Source: Synergistales bacterium (GTDB lineage: Bacteria > Synergistota > Synergistia > Synergistales > JAFGMB01). From it: a DNA stretch of 64,000 nucleotides. The notes below the pieces were generated by a model. It saw only the letters and a program-made list of their open reading frames with translations, was not told where the DNA came from and did no database searches. The stretch is taken from positions 1,664,001-1,728,000 of the forward strand of contig OY762654.1 in the NCBI GenBank assembly GCA_963666205.1. The letters are read 5' to 3'. The position numbers were made by a program, and so were the translations under genes. Below are positions 39,149 to 48,397 of the stretch, piece by piece (the first letter of the stretch is position 1; every line of letters starts with the position of its first letter).

Positions 39149-40696
39149 TTAAATCAATCCCTGGAGAAATTCTAATGTTGCTGTCTTTTTTTCTCTTTTG
39201 GCTCTGTACATCATTTCATCTGCTTGCCTGAAGAGGGTCTCCAGATCATCGCAAGAGGGATATCCGTGAGAAAATCCAACCGAAAAACTGACTTGCATAT
39301 CGCTTTTCTTTTGATTGTATTCTGCCAGGTGATCAAGGAGCCTTTTCTTTAAGGATGCAACAGATTTTTTGGTACAATCAGGAATAAGAGCGGCAAATTC
39401 GTCACCGCCTATCCTGGCCAGGATATCCCCTTCTCTGAAACATCCTATAAGGATATCTGCCGTGCCCTTTATGACTCTATCTCCTGAATTGTGTCCCCTT
39501 GTGTCATTAATTTGCTTTAATCCATCAACATCACATACCATTATACAAATGCCATTCTTCATTTCGATCTGTTGAAACTGTCTTGTTTTTTCATCAAAGA
39601 ACCTGCGGTTGAAAAGCCCTGTCATAGTATCGTGAGTGTCTATGTACTCCATTTCTGCTTCTTTTTCCTTAATTATCAGGGATTTACTGCTGTTTGATAT
39701 CGCAAGTCCAATAACTCCTGCAATATCAAGGATGAAGTTCAGGTATTTAAACATATTTGCAGGAAACTGAAAATCAGCTAAATGAAGTATTCCTCTGATC
39801 TTTCCGCCCTGTTCTATTTTGACCAAAAAACCGGAATTATCGTCCAGAACCTTATATTTTTTCCTTTCTCTAAGGAAAGATGAATAGTAAACCTCCAAAG
39901 GCTCCGAAATATCTTTTCGACTGGCAGAAATATATTCAACCTTTTTACAGGAGAACAAGGTGGAAAGTTCTTCCTGTATTGTAGAAATTATTTCCGGTAC
40001 GCTTTCCTTATCAGTAAATTTCCTAATTATTTCAAAGATTTTCATGTGATCTGCAGGCTGTTTTCTGTAAAATTCATCTTCATTGGAATGATTATTATTG
40101 TTTTTCTTTAATTTCCAATCTTCATACAGATGTTGCAGAAGATCTCTAATGTAGGAATAGTCAGGTTTCATTATAGAAAAGGGAAGGTTAAGATATCGGG
40201 AAAATTCTTCCAGTTCAGGTATCACGATGTTCTCTGGTCCTTCTGATATGCAAATGATCCGGCGGGCGATTTCGCCATAAAACCGTTGAGCTCTTTCCCT
40301 TTCCCTCTCCAGACCCTTTCCCTCTATATGGTCTTTCCATCTCCGGACCCAGAGTTCTGTGATCAGATAACCTCCCTGGGCAATCAGATCCTTGACCACC
40401 GTCTTTCCCAGGAGATGGGAAAAGCAGTTATCCTGCTTTTCGACCTGAACATGTACTGCTCTTTCAATTATCGATTTAAAGGCTGGACATAAATAGCCTC
40501 CAGATATAAGAACGGAATTACCGTAATAATTTGCCATGCTTTCTGAAAAAGGATGTTCTAATCCATCATATTGATGACAGGAAATACATGGATAACTGAA
40601 GTTAATGATCTCCATATCCTGGAATTCGGGAAGAGCAATCTTCTGAAAATAGGAATGAAAACATTCACAAACAAGGATTTTCAATTTATATGCCAT
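39149..40696 (-). CDS. Diguanylate cyclase (Cys-rich DUF1638-like N-terminus, GAF-like region, GGDEF)
   Basis: DTMTGLFNRR, DVDGLKQINDTRGHNSGD, REGD I-site, GGDEF. Confidence 0.92.
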   Translation of the reverse strand: MAYKLKILVCECFHSYFQKIALPEFQDMEIINFSYPCISCHQYDGLEHPFSESMANYYGNSVLISGGYLCPAFKSIIERAVHVQVEKQDNCFSHLLGKTVVKDLIAQGGYLITELWVRRWKDHIEGKGLERERERAQRFYGEIARRIICISEGPENIVIPELEEFSRYLNLPFSIMKPDYSYIRDLLQHLYEDWKLKKNNNNHSNEDEFYRKQPADHMKIFEIIRKFTDKESVPEIISTIQEELSTLFSCKKVEYISASRKDISEPLEVYYSSFLRERKKYKVLDDNSGFLVKIEQGGKIRGILHLADFQFPANMFKYLNFILDIAGVIGLAISNSSKSLIIKEKEAEMEYIDTHDTMTGLFNRRFFDEKTRQFQQIEMKNGICIMVCDVDGLKQINDTRGHNSGDRVIKGTADILIGCFREGDILARIGGDEFAALIPDCTKKSVASLKKRLLDHLAEYNQKKSDMQVSFSVGFSHGYPSCDDLETLFRQADEMMYRAKREKKTATLEFLQGLI

Positions 40697-41008
40697 TTTG
40701 ACTCCTTTGAACTATTCCTCTCTGATTTCTATGCAGGAAGGTCTTTTCTGATTTCGCACTTCCTTAATGGTGGAAAATATGTTCTCATGAAAAAATAGGG
40801 TTATTTCTCCATGATTTTCAAAAAAAAGCCTCCAACCGGTAGATTTTAACCAGGGAGTATTTTCTCTATTTTCAGATTGATTCAATTTGTACTGTCTCAT
40901 CTCTTTGCTGTTGTATATTGCATGGAAGATAAACAATACCCCTCAAGCCATCTATCCTGAGCAATTATTGGCGATGCTCACGCTCATATTTCCCATAGCT
41001 GTTCTTAT

Positions 41009-41035
41009 TTATCGGCCTTCGAGGAGGTCATTTCA
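41009..41035 (-). promoter_or_regulatory. Possible sigma-28 promoter oriented towards the GGDEF gene
   Basis: TGAA-N15-GCCGATAA (perfect -10, imperfect -35). Confidence 0.35.
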
Positions 41036-41777
41036 AGAATAATGTTTCTGGTCCCTGATCCCAGCGGATGATCTCGAAGGTGCCGTCCATGTTCTCAACC
41101 AGAGCTGAGCAGCTCTGAAGCCAGTCGCCGCAGTTATAATAACTTGCATCGCCGATGACCCTCATCTCGGGGCGGTGGATATGTCCGCACACGATACCCT
41201 CTACTCCCCTGTTCCTTGCAGCTGTCTTGATGGAATTGTCAAAATCACTGAGCTTCTGAACAATATCCTTGACCTTGTGCTTCAGGAAGTTGGCAATTAA
41301 AAGGTTCTGTTCCCTGTTTCTCGAGATAATCCGCTCTATGTTCGAATTTATGGTCATGGCCGCCTGGTAGGCAGAATGTCCCAGTTTTGCCATCCATCCC
41401 CGGTATCTGCTTATGATGTCGTATTCATCCCCATGCACCAGGAGCAGTTTTCTGCCGTCCAGGGCTGAATAAATGGAATCTTTCAGTACGTCGACTCCAT
41501 CGAAACAGGAACCGGCAAACTCATCAAGAAAGGCATCATGGTTTCCCGTCACATATTGAATTTTCGAGACCCTCGCCATTTTCAGGACCTTCCTCATTAA
41601 GGGGTGCCTGCGAAGGTTCCATTTTGCAGATCTTTTACTGTTCCAACCTTCAAAGACATCTCCAAGCAGGAAAAGGTTTTCGCACGAAACATTTGAAAGG
41701 AAAGAATTAAGATTCCTTACCTTGCACCAGCGATTCCCCAAATGGATATCCGAGATAAAAACCGAACGAAACTGCAT
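41028..41777 (-). CDS. UDP-2,3-diacylglucosamine diphosphatase-like (LpxH-like) metallophosphoesterase
   Basis: SDIHLG, LGDVF, GNHD, HGD, GHIH, NCGDW. Confidence 0.88.
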   Translation of the reverse strand: MQFRSVFISDIHLGNRWCKVRNLNSFLSNVSCENLFLLGDVFEGWNSKRSAKWNLRRHPLMRKVLKMARVSKIQYVTGNHDAFLDEFAGSCFDGVDVLKDSIYSALDGRKLLLVHGDEYDIISRYRGWMAKLGHSAYQAAMTINSNIERIISRNREQNLLIANFLKHKVKDIVQKLSDFDNSIKTAARNRGVEGIVCGHIHRPEMRVIGDASYYNCGDWLQSCSALVENMDGTFEIIRWDQGPETLFLK

Positions 41778-41952
41778 ATAACTACTCCTTACTATTGGAA
41801 TAAAAACTCCAGAGTTCTAAGCTTATCATAAAAATCATCATCTATAAGATATAAATATGCAATTTTACCATAAATCGTTATTCACAATCTCTCAATTCAT
41901 AGATATACTAGGATAAATAGTTAAAACGCAAAGCACAGGGGAGACGATTTCA

Positions 41953-43428
41953 TTGCTGGAAACCCTCGATCTCGATAAACACCTGTCAAAAAAAGATTTC
42001 AGGAATCTTTCTGAAAAATGTCAGATCAGGCTGGGAGTTCTTCAAAGGGAATTTCGTGACCATGGTATTCCGGTTATTCTCATATTTGAGGGTCTTGGTG
42101 CTTCCGGAAAGGGCAGGCTGATAAACAATCTTCTTCTTTGCTGGGATCCCAGGGGTTTTACCTACCACTATGTCAAACTATCCCAGGAAGAAAAAGACCG
42201 TTATCCCATGCTTTATCACTACGGCAGCAGAGCTCCTGCCAGGGGAAGGATAAGCATATTCGGCAGATGCTGGTATAGGGAGATCCTGGACAGGGGCGTT
42301 GAAAAAGGATTTGAAGACCAGTTTTTCAGGGATGGCATTGTAATGGCAGATGCCTTTGAAAGGCAGCTTGCTGCAGATGGGACCCTTGTTCTCAAATTTT
42401 TTCTTCATATAGATAGAAAGGAACAGAAAAAAAGGTTAAAGGAGAGAGAAAAAGACCCGGCCAGCGCCTGGGCAGTGACTGATTATGACTGGAATCAGAA
42501 CCGTGATCACAAACAATATGTCAAGACACTCGAAACGATATTTCAGAAAACGGACAGTGAATATGCTCCATGGACAATAGTTGAGGCTACGGACTGGAGA
42601 TTTGCCACATGTAAAATTCTTTCAACGGTGGAGAATGCCATGAAAGAACGTCTTTCCGGAAAAGTACTTTCAACGCCACCCAGCACGGTCCTTCCTGAAG
42701 AAGTTTCTATGATCACGTCGGTCCTGGACAATCTTGATCTGACAAAGGATCTCATCGGCAATGAATATAAGAAAGAACTTGAAAAATCTCAGGAACTCCT
42801 CCACTCCCTTGAACTGGAGATTTTCCACAGAGGGTTACCAGTTATAACACTTTTCGAGGGAATAGATGCCGCAGGCAAGGGTGGCGCCATAAAGCGTCTT
42901 GCCCAGTGTCTCTACCCCCGGAATTATGAGGTGGTTCCCGTTGGAGCTCCAAATGAGTGGGAGCTGAACCACCATTACCTCTGGAGGTTCTGGAGAGAAC
43001 TCCCAGCCAGGGGACAGATCAAGATCTTCGACAGGAGCTGGTATGGAAGGGTCCTTGTAGAAAGGGTTGAAAACCTGGCAACACCAGAGGAATGGAAAAG
43101 AGCTTATCGCGAGATCAACGAGATGGAAGAGGATCTGGATCGTTTCGGAGCCATAATAATAAAATTCTGGCTTCAGGTTGACAGGGATGAACAGCTTGCC
43201 CGTTTTGAGGCCCGCAAGGAAGATCCTGAAAAGGAGTGGAAACTCACTGAAGAGGACTGGCGAAACCGTGAGAAGTGGGACCAGTACATGGAGGCGGCCA
43301 GGGAGATGCTCTTCCGTACAAGTACAACCTATGCTCCCTGGACAGTGGTGGAGGCAAACTCCAAGCAGTATGCAAGAATAAAGGTCCTGAAGACTTTATG
43401 CGAGGCAGTGAAGAAAGCCCTGGGATGA
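41953..43428 (+). CDS. pap: Polyphosphate:AMP phosphotransferase (two-domain PPK2)
   Basis: FEGLGASGKG and FEGIDAAGKGG, FDRSWYGRVLVERVE, WKLTEEDWRNR. Confidence 0.93.
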   Translation: MLETLDLDKHLSKKDFRNLSEKCQIRLGVLQREFRDHGIPVILIFEGLGASGKGRLINNLLLCWDPRGFTYHYVKLSQEEKDRYPMLYHYGSRAPARGRISIFGRCWYREILDRGVEKGFEDQFFRDGIVMADAFERQLAADGTLVLKFFLHIDRKEQKKRLKEREKDPASAWAVTDYDWNQNRDHKQYVKTLETIFQKTDSEYAPWTIVEATDWRFATCKILSTVENAMKERLSGKVLSTPPSTVLPEEVSMITSVLDNLDLTKDLIGNEYKKELEKSQELLHSLELEIFHRGLPVITLFEGIDAAGKGGAIKRLAQCLYPRNYEVVPVGAPNEWELNHHYLWRFWRELPARGQIKIFDRSWYGRVLVERVENLATPEEWKRAYREINEMEEDLDRFGAIIIKFWLQVDRDEQLARFEARKEDPEKEWKLTEEDWRNREKWDQYMEAAREMLFRTSTTYAPWTVVEANSKQYARIKVLKTLCEAVKKALG

Positions 43429-43437
43429 GGGCTTTCT
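43412..43437 (+). terminator. Hairpin over the ppk2 stop codon
   Basis: AGAAAGCCCT-GGGATG-AGGGCTTTCT perfect 10-bp stem. Confidence 0.45.
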
Positions 43438-43444
43438 AATTCTG

Positions 43445-43547
43445 GATTGCCGATTTTAGATTTTGGATTAAAATCATCAGGTCAAAAACCAGAAACAAAA
43501 ACCAGAAACAAAAACCCTTCAGGCCGGGCAGACCATCGCCCGGCTTG
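43445..43547 (+). repeat. Trailer repeat copy 1 (after ppk2, before the first cassette)
   Basis: GATTGCCGATTTTAGATTTTGGATTAAAATCAT...GCCGGGCAGACCATCGCCCGGC, with a 13-bp internal tandem duplication. Confidence 0.9.
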
Positions 43548-43594
43548 ATCTCTAATAAATAGTTTCTATGGGGTGTGCTTCGAAGAATCGATCT

Positions 43595-43658
43595 GTGACC
43601 TGAGTCCCTAAATGTTAGTCCAAATGTCCCGGCACATGAAAGAGAAATCGGGTATATT
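43595..43658 (+). promoter_or_regulatory. Paired operator plus -10 box, cassette 1
   Basis: GTGACCTGAGTCCC-N8-AGTCCAAATGTCCC-N22-TATATT. Confidence 0.65.
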
Positions 43659-43702
43659 GATATCTATTATTCCTGTACTTTCTAAAAGTCGCTCAACCTT
43701 AT

Positions 43703-43847
43703 ATGAAGTAAAAGCAAAACCGTCGAAAGGCGGTGACGCAAAGCCACGGGTCTAAAGCCTCAAAAGGAAATGATCGCCGGGTTGCCGATGCAGTTCATTT
43801 GCCCTTTATGTGTATTATCTCCGGGCAGAAAGGTTCGGGGATTTTTT
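43703..43847 (+). ncRNA. c-di-GMP-I (GEMM) riboswitch, A20 variant, with terminator
   Basis: AAGCAAAACCGTCGAAAGGCGGTGACGCAAAGCCACGGGTCTAA...GATCGCCGGGTTGCCGA; terminator 43817-43847. Confidence 0.92.
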
Positions 43848-44041
43848 ATTCTGTTTTAAAAGAACGTTATAATTCCGAGAAAAAGTATAATTTTTTGCAC
43901 ATTCTCTTCCATACTCCTGACAATTCATCACTGACAAAGTACCTGTTCAGGTTTATTTCAGGAAATTCAATTTTTCCGAAGTACGCCTGATTTTTAATTA
44001 TGATTACTTTCAAATTTTCATGAAGAGGAGATGAACTTTAA

Positions 44042-46723
44042 ATGAAAAATTTAAGAATCTTGAAGTTGTTGTTAGTTCTTTCAATTGTATTTCTTATGAG
44101 TGTTTCAACAGGATTTGCTTCTTCGCATGTAGTAACGAATCTGGATGGTGGAACGGAAGTGCCTGGTTCGCTGAGAAACATTTTGCTCTATGTCGTTCCA
44201 GGTGATTTAGTAACCTTTCCGGATGGTTTTAGCGGAACTATTAACCTTACCGGGCAGATATTTCTAACCCAGGATATTACTATTCAGGGACCCTGGGAGG
44301 GGTTGATCACTGTAAGTGGGTCTTTTATTGAACCTGCTAGTCTGATCCAGGTTGGCTATGGGGTAAATGCTCAGATATCGGGTCTTACATTTGCAAATGC
44401 AAATGCTGGAATCCAGGACGGTGCAGCGATCTCCAATGCTGGTAATCTTAGATTAACTGAATGTTCATTCCTGGGAAACCAGGCAGCTCGTGGAGGGGCA
44501 GTTTATAACGGTACAGGCTTAATTGACCCTGTGGCCTCAATGGATATTTTCGACTGCCAGTTTTGGGGCAATCAATCTGATTCCGGTGGAGCCATATATA
44601 ACGAAGGAGATCTCTCTGTAGAGAGCTGCGATTTTACCGGCAACCAGGCTCTTACCAGTGATGGTGGCGCCATATCCAACCATGGCAGCGCGTCATTAAC
44701 ATGGTGCAACCTGACCGGTAACACGATGACATCAACTTTCATGTCCGGTGGAGGTGCCATATCTAACTATGATGCCCTGGTGCTGGATTCCTGCGTGCTT
44801 GAAAACAATCAGGCCCTTAATAACCGCAATGGTGGAGCAATATACAGTTACAATGCGGAGGGCGGTACTTTCCTCAACAACTGTACTCTTAAAGGAAACA
44901 GTGCAGGTTCCGGCGGGGCCATACGAAACCAGGATGCAGAAAATTACCATAGCGAAGGGATTTCTCTAAGTCTTACAAATTGTATTTTGGAAAATAACGT
45001 GGCTCAATATGGCGGGGGGATTTACAGTAATCCCCAATATAACAAAACGATCCTCACAAACTGTATCATAGCCGGGAATACTGCAACAGTATCAGCAGGA
45101 GGCATCTCCAATGGCAACAACCAGCTTGAGATGAGAAAGTGTACAGTCAGCGGGAATATTGCCGGTTCCTCTGGTGGGGGAATATATAACTCCATTTATT
45201 CTGATAATTCTGCCTTGAGACTCTGGAACTCCACTATTACTGGAAATATTGTTTCAACTGACCAGGGAGATGGTGGTGGAGGTGCTTGTAATGTTCAAGG
45301 GACCTTCCAGACTACAAATTGTACTATTACCGGAAACTCTTCCCCTAAAGGCGGAGGATTATCATTTCTGAATGGATATGTTGTCCTGAAAAACACCATA
45401 GTAGCCTTTAACGAAGGTACCGTTTCCAGGGATATTTATGTTGATCCTTCCGGTTCTGCAGAATGTGCAATAAACAATGTTGTCAACAATCTGGTAGGAG
45501 TGGATCCTGATCCTGCTAGCTGGTTTGGCAGATCTCAAACAAATATCGTACTCTCAGGTGACATTGCCTCAACGGATGTATTTTCCGGGATCGAGGAAGG
45601 TCCCGAGGTTGGAGCTCCGGGTAATACAGAAAAAATGCAGGTTCTTGCTCTTAAGGCGGGTTCCATAGCTATTGATGCCGCACATTGGTTCGATCTTTTT
45701 GGAAAACTTGTATCAGAAGACCAGCGCGGAGTTTCCAGGCCTCAGGGAGATTATAATGACATCGGAGCTTTCGAACGTGAATTGGCAACCTACACCATAA
45801 CCGCCACTTCTTCAGCTGGAGGAACTATTTCCCCGGTATCAGCGGATGTTCCAGAGGGAATGGATCAGTCCTTCACGATAACCCCCTACGACGGTTTTGT
45901 CATAGAGGAACTTTATGCTGACAGGCAAAGAGTCGATTTTATTGCCCAGGGCGATACCTACATCTTTAATAATGTTTCGTCAAATCACGAACTTGAAGCC
46001 AGCTTTATGGTAGACCCTGCCATGATGGAAGATGCAGGGATTGAAGATTTTGGTATAACGGGAACGGACAAAGGACCCCTTGCAGACCCTGTAGCTATAA
46101 CTAAGCAGGACCTGCTTTCTATCAGTGTGGAAAAAGTGGACTTGGCTGAACTTGGTGCAGGCATACCAGAGGGGAATTTTGTGACCGGCCTTTCCTTAGA
46201 GATGGAATTTGATTCACCTGATATGGGAAATGCAGTCACCCAGGTGGATCTGGTGTTGGAAATATCCAGAGACCTTCTCGGTACAGATACATGTGCTGCC
46301 ATCGATGCAGGAGACGACCTGGAAGAGGCATTCTTTGAAAACGTGTCCCTGTATAAAATAGTTAGTCCGGATGTGTATGACCTTTTCGAAGTTGCATCAG
46401 AGGATCAGGATCCCTATGATTTCTTTGAAGTATCCAGTGATGACAGTGGTTATTATGTGTCCATGATTCTAGTCATAGCCGATGAAACTGCGCCAGAGGG
46501 AGAAGAATGCGTTCAGGCCCTTTTGGAAGGGCAGGATAGGTTCTTCTTTGTCTATGATGGAACTAAGGACGGCTGTTTCACAGATCCCATAGTGGCGGCA
46601 ATAAAAACTGCAGACGAGATTACAGAAAGCGGTACAGGCGGTGGAGGCAGCTGCAACGTGGGGACCTTACCCTCAGCATTCGGGCTTCTCATGGTGCCGT
46701 TACTCTTCCTGCTTCGCAGGTAA
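44042..46723 (+). CDS. Surface protein: signal peptide, Pmp-like GGAI/FxxN beta-helix, choice-of-anchor-Q-like segment, InlB-B-like repeat, Synergist-CTERM
   Basis: Repeated GGAI(Y/S)N and FxGN; DQRGVSRPQG..DIGAFE; tail GGGGSCNVGTLPSAFGLLMVPLLFLLRR. Confidence 0.9.
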   Translation: MKNLRILKLLLVLSIVFLMSVSTGFASSHVVTNLDGGTEVPGSLRNILLYVVPGDLVTFPDGFSGTINLTGQIFLTQDITIQGPWEGLITVSGSFIEPASLIQVGYGVNAQISGLTFANANAGIQDGAAISNAGNLRLTECSFLGNQAARGGAVYNGTGLIDPVASMDIFDCQFWGNQSDSGGAIYNEGDLSVESCDFTGNQALTSDGGAISNHGSASLTWCNLTGNTMTSTFMSGGGAISNYDALVLDSCVLENNQALNNRNGGAIYSYNAEGGTFLNNCTLKGNSAGSGGAIRNQDAENYHSEGISLSLTNCILENNVAQYGGGIYSNPQYNKTILTNCIIAGNTATVSAGGISNGNNQLEMRKCTVSGNIAGSSGGGIYNSIYSDNSALRLWNSTITGNIVSTDQGDGGGGACNVQGTFQTTNCTITGNSSPKGGGLSFLNGYVVLKNTIVAFNEGTVSRDIYVDPSGSAECAINNVVNNLVGVDPDPASWFGRSQTNIVLSGDIASTDVFSGIEEGPEVGAPGNTEKMQVLALKAGSIAIDAAHWFDLFGKLVSEDQRGVSRPQGDYNDIGAFERELATYTITATSSAGGTISPVSADVPEGMDQSFTITPYDGFVIEELYADRQRVDFIAQGDTYIFNNVSSNHELEASFMVDPAMMEDAGIEDFGITGTDKGPLADPVAITKQDLLSISVEKVDLAELGAGIPEGNFVTGLSLEMEFDSPDMGNAVTQVDLVLEISRDLLGTDTCAAIDAGDDLEEAFFENVSLYKIVSPDVYDLFEVASEDQDPYDFFEVSSDDSGYYVSMILVIADETAPEGEECVQALLEGQDRFFFVYDGTKDGCFTDPIVAAIKTADEITESGTGGGGSCNVGTLPSAFGLLMVPLLFLLRR

Positions 46724-46824
46724 GTCGATTTTAGATTGCCGATTTTAAATTTTGGATTAAAATCATAAGTTCAAAAACCAGAAACAAAAACCCTTCAAGC
46801 CGGGCAGATTAATTGCCCGGCTTG
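45839..46824 (+). repeat. ~985-bp near-identical direct repeat, copy A
   Basis: Matches 49859-50844 at offset 4020 with about a dozen substitutions. Confidence 0.95.
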
Positions 46825-46825
46825 C
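46724..46825 (+). repeat. Trailer repeat copy 2 with hairpin
   Basis: GTCGATTTTAGATTGCC...CAAGCCGGGCAG..TGCCCGGCTTG. Confidence 0.92.
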
Positions 46826-46949
46826 TGGTATTCTAATTGAGAAGATCTTTTATCTCTGATTCAATAGTTTCATCAGAAATGTTCTCTCCAGGATTCTCCA
46901 GGTTTATGAATACGTTGGAAATTAGGACAGAACTGTTTTCCATATTATA

Positions 46950-47013
46950 GGGACTACCGCTTTTCCCCGTTGACACATGAGTCCCGGTAGATCTTCAACA
47001 AAGGATTTATATT
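46950..47013 (+). promoter_or_regulatory. Paired operator plus -10 box, cassette 2 (no riboswitch follows)
   Basis: GGGACTACCGCTTT-N8-GACACATGAGTCCC-N22-TATATT. Confidence 0.55.
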
Positions 47014-47313
47014 TTTCTTTTGATTTTTGTGATATTCTTAATATGATATTTTTATATACGGCAGGCCTCTGTTCTTAAGAGACGCTCAATAACTACATGA
47101 ATATCCCTCCCAATTTATATTGAATAATTTCCTTAGCATTAAACCTGTCTATTCCTGTTTTTCACATAGCTTTACAGCCCCGGTTTCATTAGTGTGAGGG
47201 CTTTATTTTGAGTTGCATAAGCAGGTACATAGGTACAGCTCTGTAATACAGCCTGCTATTCCATAGGGCAAGTTCAATTTTTTTTATTAAATCCTTACTG
47301 GGAGGGATGAATA

Positions 47314-47787
47314 ATGAAAAGATACAGAATTGCCGTGGTACTGGTATTTTTATTCTGTCTTTGCGGCACTTCCTTCGGAGCGCTATCTTCTGCAATCAAC
47401 CCTAATCCTTCGAATGGGGCTATCGGAATTAACCGTGAGGGTCTTGTAATTGACTGGGACTGTAGTGAGTTCGGAACCTTCGATCTTTTCTTCGGGACCT
47501 CTCCGGGCGACCTTCTTCTTATTGCTGAAGACCTTGCATCTGCCGTCTACTTTGATCTTGATACTCTCGATCCTGAAACGACCTACTATTGGCGGGTGGA
47601 TGTGGTATCTTCTGACACTATTACTACGGTTACAGGGGATATCTGGAATTTCACCACATGGGCTTCGGCGCCTGACGACGATGATGACGATAGCGGTGGA
47701 GGAGGCGGAGGCGGCTGCAACACTGGTTTGATACCCGCAGCATTCGGATCTCTGCTGGTGCCCTTGATGTTCCTGCTGAGGAAATAG
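47314..47787 (+). CDS. Small surface protein: signal peptide, one Fn3/Ig-like domain, Synergist-CTERM
   Basis: PNPSNGA...FDLFFGT...TTYYWRVD...GDIWNFTT; tail GGGGGGCNTGLIPAAFGSLLVPLMFLLRK. Confidence 0.88.
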   Translation: MKRYRIAVVLVFLFCLCGTSFGALSSAINPNPSNGAIGINREGLVIDWDCSEFGTFDLFFGTSPGDLLLIAEDLASAVYFDLDTLDPETTYYWRVDVVSSDTITTVTGDIWNFTTWASAPDDDDDDSGGGGGGGCNTGLIPAAFGSLLVPLMFLLRK

Positions 47788-47791
47788 GTTT

Positions 47792-47813
47792 GATGGGCTG
47801 AAGCACACCCTGC
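47792..47813 (-). repeat. Degenerate REP-like palindrome
   Basis: Reverse complement GCAGGGTGTGCTTCAGCCCATC resembles 55455-55480. Confidence 0.5.
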
Positions 47814-47899
47814 GATTGTCAAAGTAAACTGATTTTAGATTAAACCATAAGTTCCAAAACAAGATAAGCAAGCCGGGCAGAACATCGCCCGGCTTGCTT
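47814..47899 (+). repeat. Trailer repeat copy 3 (diverged) with hairpin
   Basis: GATTTTAGATTAAACCATAAGTTCC...AAGCAAGCCGGGCAGAACATCGCCCGGCTTGCTT. Confidence 0.8.
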
Positions 47900-47946
47900 G
47901 ATGTTTTTAGCTATTTTCCAGATGTTAAATAGCTGAAGCTCAATCT

Positions 47947-48010
47947 GTGACCTGAGTCCCTAAATGTTAGTCCATATGTCCCGGCACATGAAAGAAAAAT
48001 CGGGTATATT
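47947..48010 (+). promoter_or_regulatory. Paired operator plus -10 box, cassette 3
   Basis: GTGACCTGAGTCCC-N8-AGTCCATATGTCCC-N22-TATATT. Confidence 0.65.
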
Positions 48011-48054
48011 AATATGAATTATTTCTGTACTTTCTATAAATCATTCAACTTTAT

Positions 48055-48197
48055 ATTCAGCAAGGGCAAAACCGTCGAAAGACGGTGACGCAAAGCCACG
48101 GGTCTAAAGCCTCAAAAGGAAATGATCGCCGGGTTGCCGATGCAGTTCATTTGCCCTTTATGAGTATTATCTCCGGGCAGAAAACCAGGGGATTTTT
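48055..48197 (+). ncRNA. c-di-GMP-I riboswitch (G20) with terminator
   Basis: GGGCAAAACCGTCGAAAGACGGTGACGCAAAGCC...GGGTTGCCGA. Confidence 0.95.
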
Positions 48198-48397
48198 ATT
48201 AACCTGTGTTGAAAGGAGGAGAAAATTACCCTGAAATTAAGCAAAGTTCCCCTGCAGGAGAAAGATGATCGAGAGAAGAAAATCTTTACGAAAATAATGT
48301 TGGAATCCATATGATGTTATCCCTGTCTTGATTTACCAGGTCAGTAATTATTTGTCATTAAAAAATCAGATTTAGTTGCAAAGGAGATGGACTTGAG

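Noticed and set aside
39149-39640. Hypr (cGAMP-making) GGDEF
   Set aside because: The specificity residue is the canonical Asp (GHNSGD), not Ser/Thr.
40286-40312. GAAAGG microrepeat (ERERER) as a phase-variation tract
   Set aside because: Only about two to three units, and a 6-bp unit keeps the frame.
40712-40936. 74-aa ORF upstream of the GGDEF gene
   Set aside because: No recognisable motif and an uncertain start; cannot be supported as a gene.
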